In this document: one piece after another, positions 12,110-24,315 of the stretch
Layout of the letters: each line of letters opens with the position of its first letter
Position numbering within the stretch: the stretch's first letter is position 1
Assembly (NCBI RefSeq): GCF_902713615.1
Contig: NW_024055480.1
Coordinates: 1-64,000, forward strand
Reading direction: 5' to 3'
DNA from: Scyliorhinus canicula
Lineage: Eukaryota
DNA length: 64,000 nucleotides
The notes under the pieces: generated by a model
What the model was told of the DNA's origin: nothing
What the model saw: the letters and a program-made list of their open reading frames with translations, nothing else
Databases searched by the model: none
Translations under genes and position numbers: made by a program

Positions 12110-12409
12110 CGACACCATCTCCGCCCACTCTCTACAGCCTGATCCCCTCCTGTCAGCAACACAGCACCGACTGCTCTGTGACCTACGGATGTTTGGCGAT
12201 GGACTACTCCCCAGAAATCACCAGCCTTACCTGGAAGAAAGATGGGCAGCCGATCATCACTGGAGTTAAGAAATACCCGCCAGTGAGAAACAAGAAGGGA
12301 ACCTACACCCTGAGCAGCCAGTTAACCATCACCGAGTCGGAGGGGGGATGCAGCAAAATCAGCTGTGAGGTTCGACACAGCGGCTCAGCCAAGAGCATTG
12401 AAATGACAT
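12110..12409 (+). CDS. IGHM: IgM heavy chain constant exon CH1
   Basis: Acceptor ctcccccag|CG at 12110, donor T|gtaaga after 12409. [11 protein letters not shown]...[19 protein letters not shown]...[16 protein letters not shown] is a typical shark Cmu1. Confidence 0.93.
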
Positions 12410-12607
12410 GTAAGAGTTGTGGAATCTGTGAGAAACAGACGCTTTGACTATTTATTTACCTCTTTGGCCATAACACATTGACGGTGCTCTGCACAGTTCT
12501 GATTCCTGCGAAAAATAGTGACAACGGAGAAACTGTTAAAATATAATTAGTCATTTTATTCGTTCCAACATCTTCTTCAAGAAATGTCTAACTTGTGTTT
12601 CTTGAAG

Positions 12608-12916
12608 GTCAACCTGACATCCATCCAAATGTTCATCTCAACGTGAGTTCCAATGAAGAAATCTCAAGCACCAAATGTGCAACCATGGTCTGTTCAATCA
12701 ACGATTTCCGTCCAAAGTCACTGACCGTGAAGTGGCTGAAGAATGGACAACCCATGGGGTCAGGAATTGTCACCTCTCCCACCTGTGAAGTGAACGGGAA
12801 CTTCTCGGCGAGCAGTCGGCTGACAGTCTCCGCTGGGGAATGGTTCAGCAAACCGGTCTATACCTGCCAGGTCACTCATCAAGAGGTCACCCAAAGTCAC
12901 AACATCACCGCGTCTG
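12608..12916 (+). CDS. IGHM: IgM heavy chain constant exon CH2
   Basis: Acceptor tttcttgaag|GT, donor G|gtaaga; CQPDIHP...[21 protein letters not shown]...YTCQVTH; phase-1 junctions match CH1 and CH3. Confidence 0.93.
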
Positions 12917-13765
12917 GTAAGAGACACAAACAGAGGAAACAATAAATCATCCTGCATTCTGAATTTAATCCAAATCAGAAATTTACTGAAGTTACTGCAA
13001 AGCACAGAATAACTTCTAATTTACTGCCATGTAATTTGTGTTTCATTCTGCTGTAAGAGCTGCATCAGGATTGATCACCATTCAGGATTTTATGAATATA
13101 GATATAAATGTATCCCAATAATTTGAAGTCATTTAGTGAGTGAGGAGAATCAATAAATTGAATTTATTGTCACAAATAGGCTTCAAATGAAGTTACTGTG
13201 AAAAGCCCCTAGTCGCCACATTCCCGCGCCTGTTCGGGGAGGCCGCTATATGAATTGAACCCGCGCTGCTGGCCTGCCTTGGTCGGCTTTAAAAAACAGC
13301 TATTTAGGCCTGTGCTAAACCAGCCCCTGGCGGACTTGATATCAGCTTTATCCTGAGACAGCTGGTTATATGTGAGAAGCAGTGGGTGTCTCAAAAACTT
13401 TACTGATAGAAACTCCGGGAGAAAGTGTTGGAAAGTTCATCCAACCTATTTATGGATCAGCCTCCAGTACTGCGCTCCTGAGATCAGGAATGGAATATTT
13501 GTATTGGGAATGCTACAATACTGATTCGTTAGTATGATATCGGGGCTGACTGTATTTCACAATGAGAATAGTTTTCACAAACCAAACTGGTTTTCCATTG
13601 TGTATCGAAGATTAAAGGCGATCTTTAGAGGTTGATACTTCGAAGTTGATTATTTCGAGGTTGATGTTTCGAAGTTGATTTATACCCATTTAGAATTCAG
13701 GCTGAATCCTACTGTCCTGATTCTGAAGATGAAACTTGGGTTGACTTCCATTTTTTCATTCACAG

Positions 13766-14074
13766 ATTCTTCCCTTTGCACTGATGCCTCAGTAACAATA
13801 CTACCACCACCAATAGAACAGGTCTTAATGGACGCGACGGTAACCTTAACCTGTGTCATTTCGAATGCTCCTTTTGGAGTCAACGTGTCCTGGAGTGAAG
13901 CAAAGAAGCCGCTGAAATCAGAGATCGCCGACCAGCCTGCGGCAGATACTGAGAGCGTGGTCAGCAAATTAAACATCTCGACACAAGCCTGGCTGAGCGG
14001 GGCTGTGTTTGACTGTGTGGCGAGCCATCAGGACCTGCCAACTCCTTTAAGAATTTCAATTCACAACAAAATAG
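13766..14074 (+). CDS. IGHM: IgM heavy chain constant exon CH3
   Basis: Acceptor ttcacag|AT, donor G|gtgagc; Ig C1-set domain with both Cys and the core Trp. Confidence 0.93.
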
Positions 14075-15634
14075 GTGAGCGGTGAAACTGAAGCAATAAG
14101 TGAGCCATTGTGTCTATTTCGAGTGTCAGTGCAGCAGTCAATATTTAGCATTCAGTGTATTTATGGTCCATTCTGTTTGGTAATCCCACTAACTGAATCT
14201 CTGGGCATTTAGAGTTTAAGGGGGAAATTGATATGCGGATGAATGGACAATGAATTAAACGCAGTGATATTGGGTATAGATGGAGCGAGACCATAGACCA
14301 CAAGACTTAGGAGCAGACGTAGGCCATTGGGCCCATCAACAGCTGTCCAGCCTTCAGTGAGATCATGACTGATCTGATGCGATAATCTTCAACTCCTCTT
14401 TCCCGCCTTATCACCATATCTCTTGACACTTTTACTGATTTAAAATATGTCCACCTCAACCTTGAACATACTGACCGACCCAGAATCTTAGGTAGCCTTC
14501 ATTCTTCTAAACTCCAATAAGTAAAGCCCAGTCAACTTAACCTCAACCCATAAGAAAATCCCTCCATACTCGGGATCAACCTCGTGTCCTTCTCTGGACT
14601 GCCTTCAAAACCAATCTGTCGTCCTTAGATACGGGCACCAAAGCTATTCAAAGTATATCAGGTGTTGTCTAACTAATTCCCCAGTTTTAGCTAGTCTTCC
14701 CCATTGTTATATTCTACTCACTTTGAAATAAAGATCAGCATTCAATTTGTCTCCATATTACCTGCAGAACTTGCTTTGTGTGGTTTCTGCACGAGGGCCC
14801 CCAATTCCCCCGTTACTTCAGCTTTCTACAGTCTTTCTCCATCTAAATAATATTCCGTTATGTTCTTTCTTCCTCCTCCCAAAGTGTCTAACCTCACATT
14901 TTCCTTCATCATAGTCTATCTACCAAGTTTTTATTCAGTAACTTAAGCGGTTTCTGCCCCTCTATAGATTTCCTGTAATCCTCACCACTTGCCTTTCAAT
15001 TTTGTCATCTGCAAACGTGGGAATCGTACATTCATTTATTGAACATAGTTTTGAAATTCATGTATATTACATCTACTGCCCTCCCCCCCCTCTCTAGCCT
15101 TCTAGTTATCACCCAAATAAGGGCAATAAATTTGTCAGGCATGATTTACCCTTCACGAAGCCGTGCTGACTCTGTTGATTAAATTGTGTATTTCTAAATG
15201 CTCAGCTATTAGATCCGTTATCATGGACTCGAACCGTTTTCCACTTACAGATGTTAAGGAAACAGGCCTATAGTTACCTGTTTTAACTCCCTCTCTTTTG
15301 AATAAGGGTGTTACATTGGCAGTTTTCCAATCCTCTTGAGGTAAGATGGGAGGAGCCTGGTGTGGAGTTTATACACCAGCACAGAACAGTTGGGCCGAAT
15401 GGCCTGTTTCCCTGCTGTACACTTTCTGAAACTTTCTAATCCAATATCCGTAAATTCTCAGGGAAAAGGATTGTGTCCACCTCTGCTCCGAGCTGGGAAA
15501 CCGGACAGATCCCAAAGTGGAAAATGGAAACCTTTAAAGTCCAACACAAAACACATTTCTCTCACATCTAACCCGCGGTTCCATTGTCTCCGGAATTCCC
15601 CATTTTATTGACATTTATTGTACATTTTCTGCAG

Positions 15635-16026
15635 ATCCCAATCCGCGGGAACCGTCCGTCTCTGTCCTCCTGCCCTCGGCTGAAGACGTCTCCGCTCAGA
15701 GATTCGTCTCCCTCAGCTGCTTAGTGAGAGGTTTCTCCCCCCGAGAGATCTTCGTCAAGTGGACCGTCAATGACAAGCCGGTGAATCCCGGGAACTACAA
15801 GAACACCGAGGTGATGGCGGAGAACGGCAATAGCTCCTTCTTCATGTACAGCCTGTTATCCATTGCAGCGGAGGAATGGGCCAGCGGCGCTTCTTACTCC
15901 TGTGTGGTGGGACATGAAGCCATCCCCTTGAAGATCATCAACAGAATGGTTAATAAATCCAGCGGTAAACCGAGTTTTGTGAACATTTCCCTCGCTCTGA
16001 TGGACACCGTTAATTCATGTCAATGA
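15635..16026 (+). CDS. IGHM: IgM CH4 plus secretory tailpiece (internal donor after 15964 for the membrane form)
   Basis: Acceptor ttttctgcag|AT; [18 protein letters not shown]...[17 protein letters not shown]...[13 protein letters not shown]...; tail [19 protein letters not shown] with N-glycan site and penultimate Cys; AGCG|gtaaac internal donor. Confidence 0.95.
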
Positions 16027-16053
16027 GAATCTATCAATTGCGTTTCGAACTAA

Positions 16054-16068
16054 AATAAAAATAATAAA
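16054..16068 (+). terminator. Secretory-form polyadenylation signals (AATAAA x2)
   Basis: AATAAA at 16054-16059 and 16063-16068, about 30-40 nt after the tailpiece stop. Confidence 0.8.
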
Positions 16069-16489
16069 GCTTTTTTTCCTCCACTTGTGATTTAAATGTG
16101 CAGCCGCTTAACTAATGGAGCTTCCACTTTGCTGATATTAGATCTGTTCAATGAGACCCGGATTTCTACAGGTCTCAGCCCCAAGTCTGATACAACCAGT
16201 GCTCCCAGCTCAGATACACCCTGGGTTAGAGACAGAGTAAAACTCATTCATTCCAGGATTCAGCAAAATATCTTCATTGTCTTTCCTCCCGCTGAGGAGA
16301 AATCGGACAATTTCCCACTTCAGACAAACAAACCCAGCACATTTAGATCTCGGTGTTCAAGCTTCTCTCATTGTCCATCCCTTTAAAATTAATGTCAGCT
16401 TTAAAATGCTGCATCACACCCACTGGGAACTGAATTGAGGGTCACACAGAAACATGGACCAACAATCTCCGTCAAAGAGCGGGGAAAGG

Positions 16490-19400
16490 GAAATTATTAG
16501 CCCTCTGTACCCAGACTTTCCCAACAGAGGCGGCGGGCCTTTAGTTACTCCACTGTACCCCCACTTCCACAACAAAGAGAGTGGGAGGGCCTTTAGTTAA
16601 TCCACTGTACCCCACTTCCACAACAAAGAGAGTTTGGGAGGGCCTTTAGTTAATCCACTGTACCCCACTTCCACAACAAAGAGATTGGGAGGGCCTTTAG
16701 TTAATCCACTGTACCCCACTTCCACAACAAAGAGATTGGGAGGGCCTTTATTTAATCCACTGTACCCCCACTTCCACAACAAAGAGAGTGGGAGGGCCTT
16801 TAGTTAATCCACTGTACCCCACTTCCACAACAAAGAGATTGGGAGGGCCTTTATTTAATCCACTGCACCCCTATTTTCCCAACAGAGAGTGGAGGAGGGG
16901 CTTTAGTTAATCCACAGTCCCCCCACTTCCACAAAAAAGGAGATTGGGAAGGGTATCAGTTAACCCACTGTACACCCACTTCCCCTAGAAAGAGATAGGC
17001 GGAGTGACTTTAGTTGATGCACTGTACCACCACTCTCCCCACAGAGAGAGGCAGAGGGCCTTTAGTTAATGCACTGCACCCCCACTCTCCCCACAGAGAG
17101 AGGCAGAGGGTCTTTAGTTAATGCACTGTACCCCCACTCTCACCACAGGCAGAGGCGGAGGGTCTTTAGTTAATACATTGTACCCCCACTCTCCCCACAG
17201 AGAGAGGCAGAGGGTCTTTAGTTAATGCACGGTACCCCCACTCTCCCCACAGAGAGAGGCGGAGGGCCTTTAGTTAATACACTGTACCCCCACTCTCCCC
17301 ACAGGCAGAGGCGGAGGGCCTTTAGTTAATACACTGTACCCCCACTCTCCCCACAGGCAGAAGCGGAGGGCCTTTAGTTAATACACTGTACCCCCACTCT
17401 CCCCACAGGCAGAGGCGGAGGGCCTTTAGTTAATACACTGTGCCCCCACTCTGCCAACAGAGAGAGGCGGAGGGTCTTTGGTTAATACACTGTACCCCCA
17501 TTCCCCCCGCAGAGAGAGGTGGAGGGCCTTTTGTTAATCCACTATACTCCCACTCTCCCAACAGAGAGAGGCGGAGGGTCTTTAGTTAATCCACTGTACC
17601 ACACTTCCCCAACAGAGAGAGGGAGAGGGGCATTAGTTAACTCACTGTACCTCCAGATCCCGAACAGAGAGGGGAGGGGCATTAGTTAAATCACTGTACC
17701 CCCACATCCCGAATTGAGAGAGGGGAGGGGCATTAGTTAACCCACTGTACCGCACATCCCGAACAGAGAGTGGGAGGGGCATTATTTAATGCACTGTACC
17801 CCCACATCCCGAACAGAAAGAGGGGAGGGGCATTAGTTAACCCACTGTACTTCCGCATCCCGAACAGAGGGGGAGAGGCATTAGTTAATGCACTGTGCCC
17901 CCACATCCCGAACAGAGAGGGGGAGGGGCATTAGTTAATGCACTGCACCCCCACATCCCGAATAGAGAGGGGGAGGGGCATTAGTTAATCCATTGTACCC
18001 CCACATCCCCAGCAAAGAGAGGGGAGGGGCATTAGTTAACCCCCTGTACACCCACATCCCGAAAAGAGAGGGGGAGGGGCATTAGTTAATGCACTGTACC
18101 CCACTTCAACAACCGAGAGGGGAGGGGCATTAGTTAATCCACTGTACCCCCACTTCAACAACAGAGAGGGGAGGGGCATTAGCTATTCCACTGTCTCCCC
18201 ACTTCACCAACAGAGAGAGGCGGAAGGGGCAGTAGTTAATCCACTGTGTCCCCCTTTATACAAAAAAGAGAGGGGGATGAGGCATTCGGAAATGGCCTGC
18301 ACCCTAACTCTCTAATAAAGCGGAAGGGACATTAGTTAACCACTGTAACTCCACTTCCACACCAATGCGTGGGGAGTGCAGTATTTAATACACCGTATCC
18401 CCACTACCCCACCTAATAAAGGAGGGGAGTTTGTTAACACATTGTAACACACTTTCCCAACAGGGAGAGGGGGAGGGACATTCGTTAATCCGCTGCACCC
18501 CCACTTCGACAACAGAGAGAAACATAGAAACATAGGAATTACAGCACAGAACAGGCCCTTCGGCCCACGATGTGGTGCCGAACTTTTGTCCTAGATTAAC
18601 CTATATCCCTACTTCACCCACAGAGATGGGGAGGGCATTAGTTAATCCACTGTACCCCCACATCCCGAACAGAGATGGTGAGAAGCATTAGTTAATCCAC
18701 TGTACACCCATATCCCCAGCAAAGAGAGGGGAGGGGCATTAGTTAATCCACTGTATCCCCACATCCCGAACAGAGATGGGGAGAAGCATTAGGTAATCCA
18801 CTGTGCACCCACATCCCCAGCAAAGAGAGGGGAGGGGCATTAGTTAATCCACTGTACCCCCACATCCCGAACAGAGATGGGGAGAAGCATTAGTTAATCC
18901 ACTGTACACCCACATCCCCAGCAAAGAGAGGGGAGAAGCATTAGTTAATCCACTGTACCCCCACATCGCGAACAGAGATGGGGAGAAGCATTAGTTAATC
19001 CACTGTACCCCCACATCCCGAACAGAGATGGGGAGAAGCATTAGTTAATCCACTGTGCACCCACATCCCCAGCAAAGAGAGTGGAGGGGCATTAGTTAAT
19101 CCACTGTACCCCCACATCCCGAACAGAGATGGGGAGAAGCATTAGTTAATCCACTGTACCCCCACATCCCGAACAGAGATGGTGAGAAGCATTAGTTAAT
19201 CCACTGTACACCCATATCCCCAGCAAAGAGAGGGGAGGGACATTAGTTAATCCACTGTACACCCACATCCCCAGCAAAGAGAGGGGAGGGGCATTAGTTA
19301 ATCCACTGTACCCCCACATCCCGAACAGAGATGGGGAGAAGCATTAGTTAATCCACTGTACACCCACATCCCCAGCAAAGAGAGGGGAGGGGCATTAGTT

Positions 19401-19510
19401 AATCCACTGTACCCCCACATCCCGAACAGAGAAGGGGAGAAGCATTAGTTAATCCACTGTACCCCCACATCCCGAACAGAGATGGGGAGGGGCATTTTTT
19501 AACCCACTGT
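16490..19510. repeat. About 50-bp minisatellite (about 60 copies) in the CH4-TM1 intron
   Basis: Unit about GCATTAGTTAATCCACTGTACCCCCACATCCCGAACAGAGAGGGGAGGG; interrupted near 18526-18600 by a short CR1 3'-end fragment. Confidence 0.95.
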
Positions 19511-21781
19511 ACCACCAATTCAACTAATCCAATCCTCTTATCCGTATGCTAAAACCGATTCCCCATAATCCAAATCCAGACTGGTGATTGAATTCTCCCT
19601 GGGTTTCCATTGTTCTTTCCTGAGGCATCTCCGCGTATTTTTGTATTAGCTCACCTGATGTCAGTTTGCAACTCACAGAAAACACATTTACAAGCAGCAA
19701 GTTCACCATACTCTACATCGTTACCAATAATACCCACAACTGGCAAAGCTACAGGCAGCTGATACAAATACACATACACACAGTTAAACAGACTTAAACA
19801 CGACACATACATAGACCCCCTCCCCCACAAATATATACACATGCACACAAACACACACATAGACACACACAGAGAAACACATACATGAACATACACCCAA
19901 GGTCACAAATTCGATCCCGGCTTTGAGTCACTGTCCGTGTGGAGTTTCCACATTCTACCCGTGTTTGCGTGGATTTTGCCCCCACAACCCAAAATATGTG
20001 CAGGCTAGGTGGATTGGAGACTCTAAATTGCCTCTTAATTGGACAAAAATGAACCACACATATATTGTCACAAGAACGCACGCGAACGTGTACAGAAATG
20101 CACAAACATGCACACAAACACAAAAAAACACACGTTTATACTCACACAGACACACTGGCACATACACACACAAATATACGTACAGAATCAAGCACACAAG
20201 CATACACAAACATACACATATACCCACATGTTTACAGAGATACACAAAGGTGCAAACGCAAACATATAAAACCAGACAAGCAGACTAACATCAGAATATG
20301 AAACACCAATGTAACCAATAACATATACAATCGCACAATTTCATGACGACAGAAGTATAGAATTAAGGACAGAGACAATAATCCACATTAGCACACTTAT
20401 GGGTACACATAGACACATGTCCGCAGACTCGTACATAAGTTAACATGAATGTACATTGGTGCACATGGAGACATCAATGCACAAGTAATAGATAGTTAAT
20501 AACAACCATCAACGCATACATAGTACTGCTGCCTCCCAGCGCCAAAGGTCAAGTTCAATTCCAGCCTTGGGTGACTGTGTGGAGTTTGCACGTTCTCTCG
20601 TGTCTGCGTGGGTTTCCTCCGGGTGCTCCCGTTGCCTCTCACAGTCCAAAGATGAGCAGGTTAGGTGGAGTGGCCATGCTACAGTGTCCATTGCCCCTTA
20701 GTATTCAAAAGGTTAAGTGAGGTTATTAGGTTATGAGGGTAGGGCGGGGGCGTGCACCTCGGTCGGGTGTTCTTTCAGAGGGTCGGTGCAGGCTCCATGA
20801 GCCGAATGGCCTCGTTCTGCATGGTCCGGATTCTACGATGATGATTCTATGATGTAACACACACGCTTATCCAGCCACAAACATTAAGACACTGACATGC
20901 ATGTTGAACACGCAAAAGGACACAATAACACACACTACTAGGCAGGAAAGGATAAACAAATATTAACACAGGCAGTAATATATAAACATAGACTTCAACA
21001 CATAAACATACACAATAACACACTCATACTAAGGCAGCAGAGAAGCGCAGTGGACAAATTCGATCCCGGCTCTGAGTCACTGTCCGTGTGGAGTTTCCAC
21101 ATTCTACCCGTGTTTGCGTGGATTTTGCCCCCACAACCCAAAATATGTGCAGGCTAGGTGGATTGGAAACTCTAAATTGCCTCTTAATTGGACAAAAATG
21201 ATTGTGTACGCTAAATTTATGAAAACAATAAATAACACATTCATATACACATTGATAGAAGATAAACAAAGTATACATACAGGCGCTGACACACAAATAC
21301 ACAGATCAGTACTCATTAGCACATGAACACACACAATGCCATTTTTACATACATCTGGACACACAAAAGAAGAGTATCGCAAAACATGAGATCCTCATCC
21401 ACACAGACACAAATGCTAAAGAACAAACACAAATTTCAGGCAAGTGGCGGCATGGTGGCGTAGTAGTTAGCACTGCTGCCTCACGGCGCCGAGGACCTGG
21501 GTTCGATCTTGGTCCTGGGTAACTGTCCGTGTCACGTGAGTTTGACCTCCACAATCCAAAGATGTACAGGGTAGGTGGATTGGCCACGCTAAATTTCCCG
21601 TAAATTGGAAAAATAAAATTACAGAGATCGGTTGTTGAGCGTCACGAACTCTACAGTAGTTATGCAATGAAAAATATATTAGAGAATGAATGATCAGATA
21701 AAGAAAATTAAATGAGAATATTAACAATATATCCTAGATTAATAAACAATTTAACATATTTATTGGGCTCTATCCTCGTAG

Positions 21782-21909
21782 ATACCACAGACCACACCTG
21801 GACTGAAGACTATGAGGATGATAACGGAAACATCTGGACAACCGCTTCCACATTCATCACCCTGTTCGTCCTGAGCATTTCCTACAGCGCTGCAGTCACT
21901 CTGGTGAAG
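21782..21909 (+). CDS. IGHM: IgM transmembrane exon TM1
   Basis: Acceptor cctcgtag|AT, donor AAG|gtgaga; DTTDHTWTEDYEDDNGNIWTTASTFITLFVLSISYSAAVTLVK has an acidic spacer and the conserved antigen-receptor TM motif (TF..LF.LS..YS). Confidence 0.93.
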
Positions 21910-22047
21910 GTGAGAAGATTCAATCCACTCACACATCAAACTGATAGAAGCCTTTTAAAAACCCAAAATGTTTGATTGATTAAAAACTTTAACATCAGTG
22001 TCCCAGATCATAAACATCTGCTTCATCATTTTCTCTCTCTTTTACAG

Positions 22048-22056
22048 ATCAAGTGA
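22048..22056 (+). CDS. IGHM: IgM transmembrane exon TM2 (IK-stop)
   Basis: Polypyrimidine tract ...ttttacag|ATC AAG TGA. Confidence 0.85.
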   Translation: MK

Positions 22057-22307
22057 TCGGTTGACGTTCGGACGCTGTAGATTTACCTCAGCTGTTTATT
22101 ATGATCTGTGTGTGACAGAAATACAATATCTCCTCTAGGTGACTCTAACAGTAAAATTCTCTGATTATTATTGTGCATCTGTAACTGAGACAATCATGGA
22201 CAGTATTTCTGTTTTCAGTTTGAAATGTACGAGCTATAATTGTAATATAATTGTAGCTAATAATTTCTCTCAATGTCATGTCTAAATAAGTAACTTACCT
22301 CGTTCAC

Positions 22308-23752
22308 TGTTTAAAAAGGGGGGTATGCAGAGAGCAGGAAATTATAGGCCAGTGAGCTTAACTTCGGTAGTAGGGAAGATGCTGGAATCTATCATCAAGG
22401 AAGAAATAGCGAGGCATCTGGATAGAAATTGTTCCATTGGGCAGACACAGCATGGGTTCGTAAAGGGCAGGTCGTGCCTAACTAATTTAGTGGAATTTTT
22501 TGAGGACATTACCAGTGCAGTAGATAACGGGGAGCCAATGGATGTGGTATATCTGGATTTCCGGAAAGCTTTTGACAAGGTGCCACACAAAAGGCTGCTG
22601 CATCAGATAAAGATGCATGGCATTAAGGGTAAAGTAGCCTCATGGGTAGAGGATTGGTTAATTAATAGAAAGCAAAGAGTTGGGATTCATGGGTGCTTTT
22701 CTGGTTGGCGATCAGTAGCTAGTGGTGTCCCTCAGGGATCCGTGTTGGGCCCACAATTGTTCAGAATCTAAATAGATGATTTAGAGTTGGGGACCAAGAG
22801 CAATGTGTCCAAGTTTGCAGATGAGACTAAGATGAGTGGTAAAGTGAAAAGTGCAGAGGATACTGGAAGTCTGCAGAGGGATTTGGATAGGTTAAGTGAA
22901 TGGGCTAGGGTCTGGCAAATGGAATACAATGTTGACAAATGTGAGGTTATTCATTTTGGTAGGAATAACAGCAAACGGGATTATTATTTAAACAATAAAG
23001 TATTAAAGCATGCTGCTGTGCAGAGAGACCTGGGTGTGCTAGTGCATGAGTCACAGAAAGTTGGTTTACAGGTGCAACAGGTGATTAAGAAGGCAAATGG
23101 AATTTTGTCCTTCGTTGCGAGAGGGATCGAGTTTAAGGCTAGGGAGGTTATGCTGCAATTGTATAAAGTGTTAGTGAGGCCACACCTGGAGTATTGTGTT
23201 CAGTTTTGGTCTCCTTACTTGAGAAAGGACGTACTGGCACTAGAGAGTATGCAGAGGAGATTCACGAGGTTAATCCCAGAGCTGAAGCGGTTGGATTACG
23301 AGGAGAGGTTGAGTAGACTGGGACTGTACTCGTTGGAATTTAGAAGGATGAGGGGGGATCTTATAGAAACATTTAAAATTATGAAGGGAATGGATAGGAT
23401 AGATGCGGGCAGGTTGTTTCCACTGGCGGGTGAAAGCAGAACTAGGGGGCATAGCCTCAAAATAAGGGGAATTAGATTTAGGACTGAGTTTAGGAGGAAC
23501 TTCTTCACCCAAAGGGTTGTGAATCTATGGAATTCCTTGCCCAGTGAAGCAGTTTAGGCTCTTTCATTAAATGTTTTTAAGGTAAATTGTTTTTTAAAGA
23601 AAAAGGGATTAAGGGTTATGGTGTTCGGGCCGGGAAGTGGAGCTGAGTCCACAAAAGATCAGCCATGATCTCATTGAATGGCGGAGCAGGCTCGAGGGGC
23701 CAGATGGCCTACTCCTGCTCCTAGTTCTTATGTTCTGGTGTTCTTATGTTCC
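22308..23752 (+). mobile_element. CR1-like LINE, RT region to 3' end
   Basis: ORFs with [55 protein letters not shown]; 3' tail ttcttatgttc repeats. Confidence 0.92.
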
Positions 23753-24315
23753 TTATATAACTGCTGCCTTACCTTTATTTTGAGCTCATGTTCTCTCTTT
23801 CTGGTGTCTGTTACAGTTGTACATACATTTGGCAGCTCAGACGGCATGTCTTCTGTTCTCAGAGTAACTCTCAATCGTTATGTTCTCTTTTGTTAACTTC
23901 AAAACAAACTTTTGTGTAATATTCTCTGTGAAATTTTAATAAATATTGAATGAAAAATGAAGAAAGTAAGACTTTGCTGAACTCCTTCCTCTAAGGTCCA
24001 TCGGCACCGCTCCTTTTCCCCGATAATACAGTTGTCTCCCCTTTCCCAGACAGATATTTCCCACCGGTCCTGTCTGGGATGTGTCTGAACTCAAGGCCCC
24101 TCAGTGAAAGAGCCATTGCGCCACCATGCCCATCCGGGTTAAGTCACCTTCACCTTTGCCTTTTTATGGTAAACTCCAGAGACAGAATTATTTCACAGCT
24201 GAAGAATTCCACAGATTCACTACCCTCTGATGGAAGAATGTCTCCACATATCTGTTCTAAATGTCTTAGATTATGCCCTGTCCTGCTAGACTCTTCCACA
24301 AGAGGAAACAAGATG

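Larger units (their letters stand above)
1..14915. repeat. Large inverted duplication/palindrome (arms about 1-5680 and 9240-14915) centred on satellite plus assembly gap
   Basis: Bases 1-30 are the reverse complement of 14886-14915. Mirror ORF pairs sum to 14916 (831..1241/13675..14085; 1971..2321/12595..12945; 2469..2825/12091..12447; 3879..4406/10510..11037). The left arm runs off the window edge. Confidence 0.97.

Noticed and set aside
16490-19510. CACTGT(A/G) in the 50-bp minisatellite as a second RSS array
   Set aside because: Mostly CACTGTA (TACAGTG on minus, lacking the essential CAC) and no nonamer at 12 or 23 nt.
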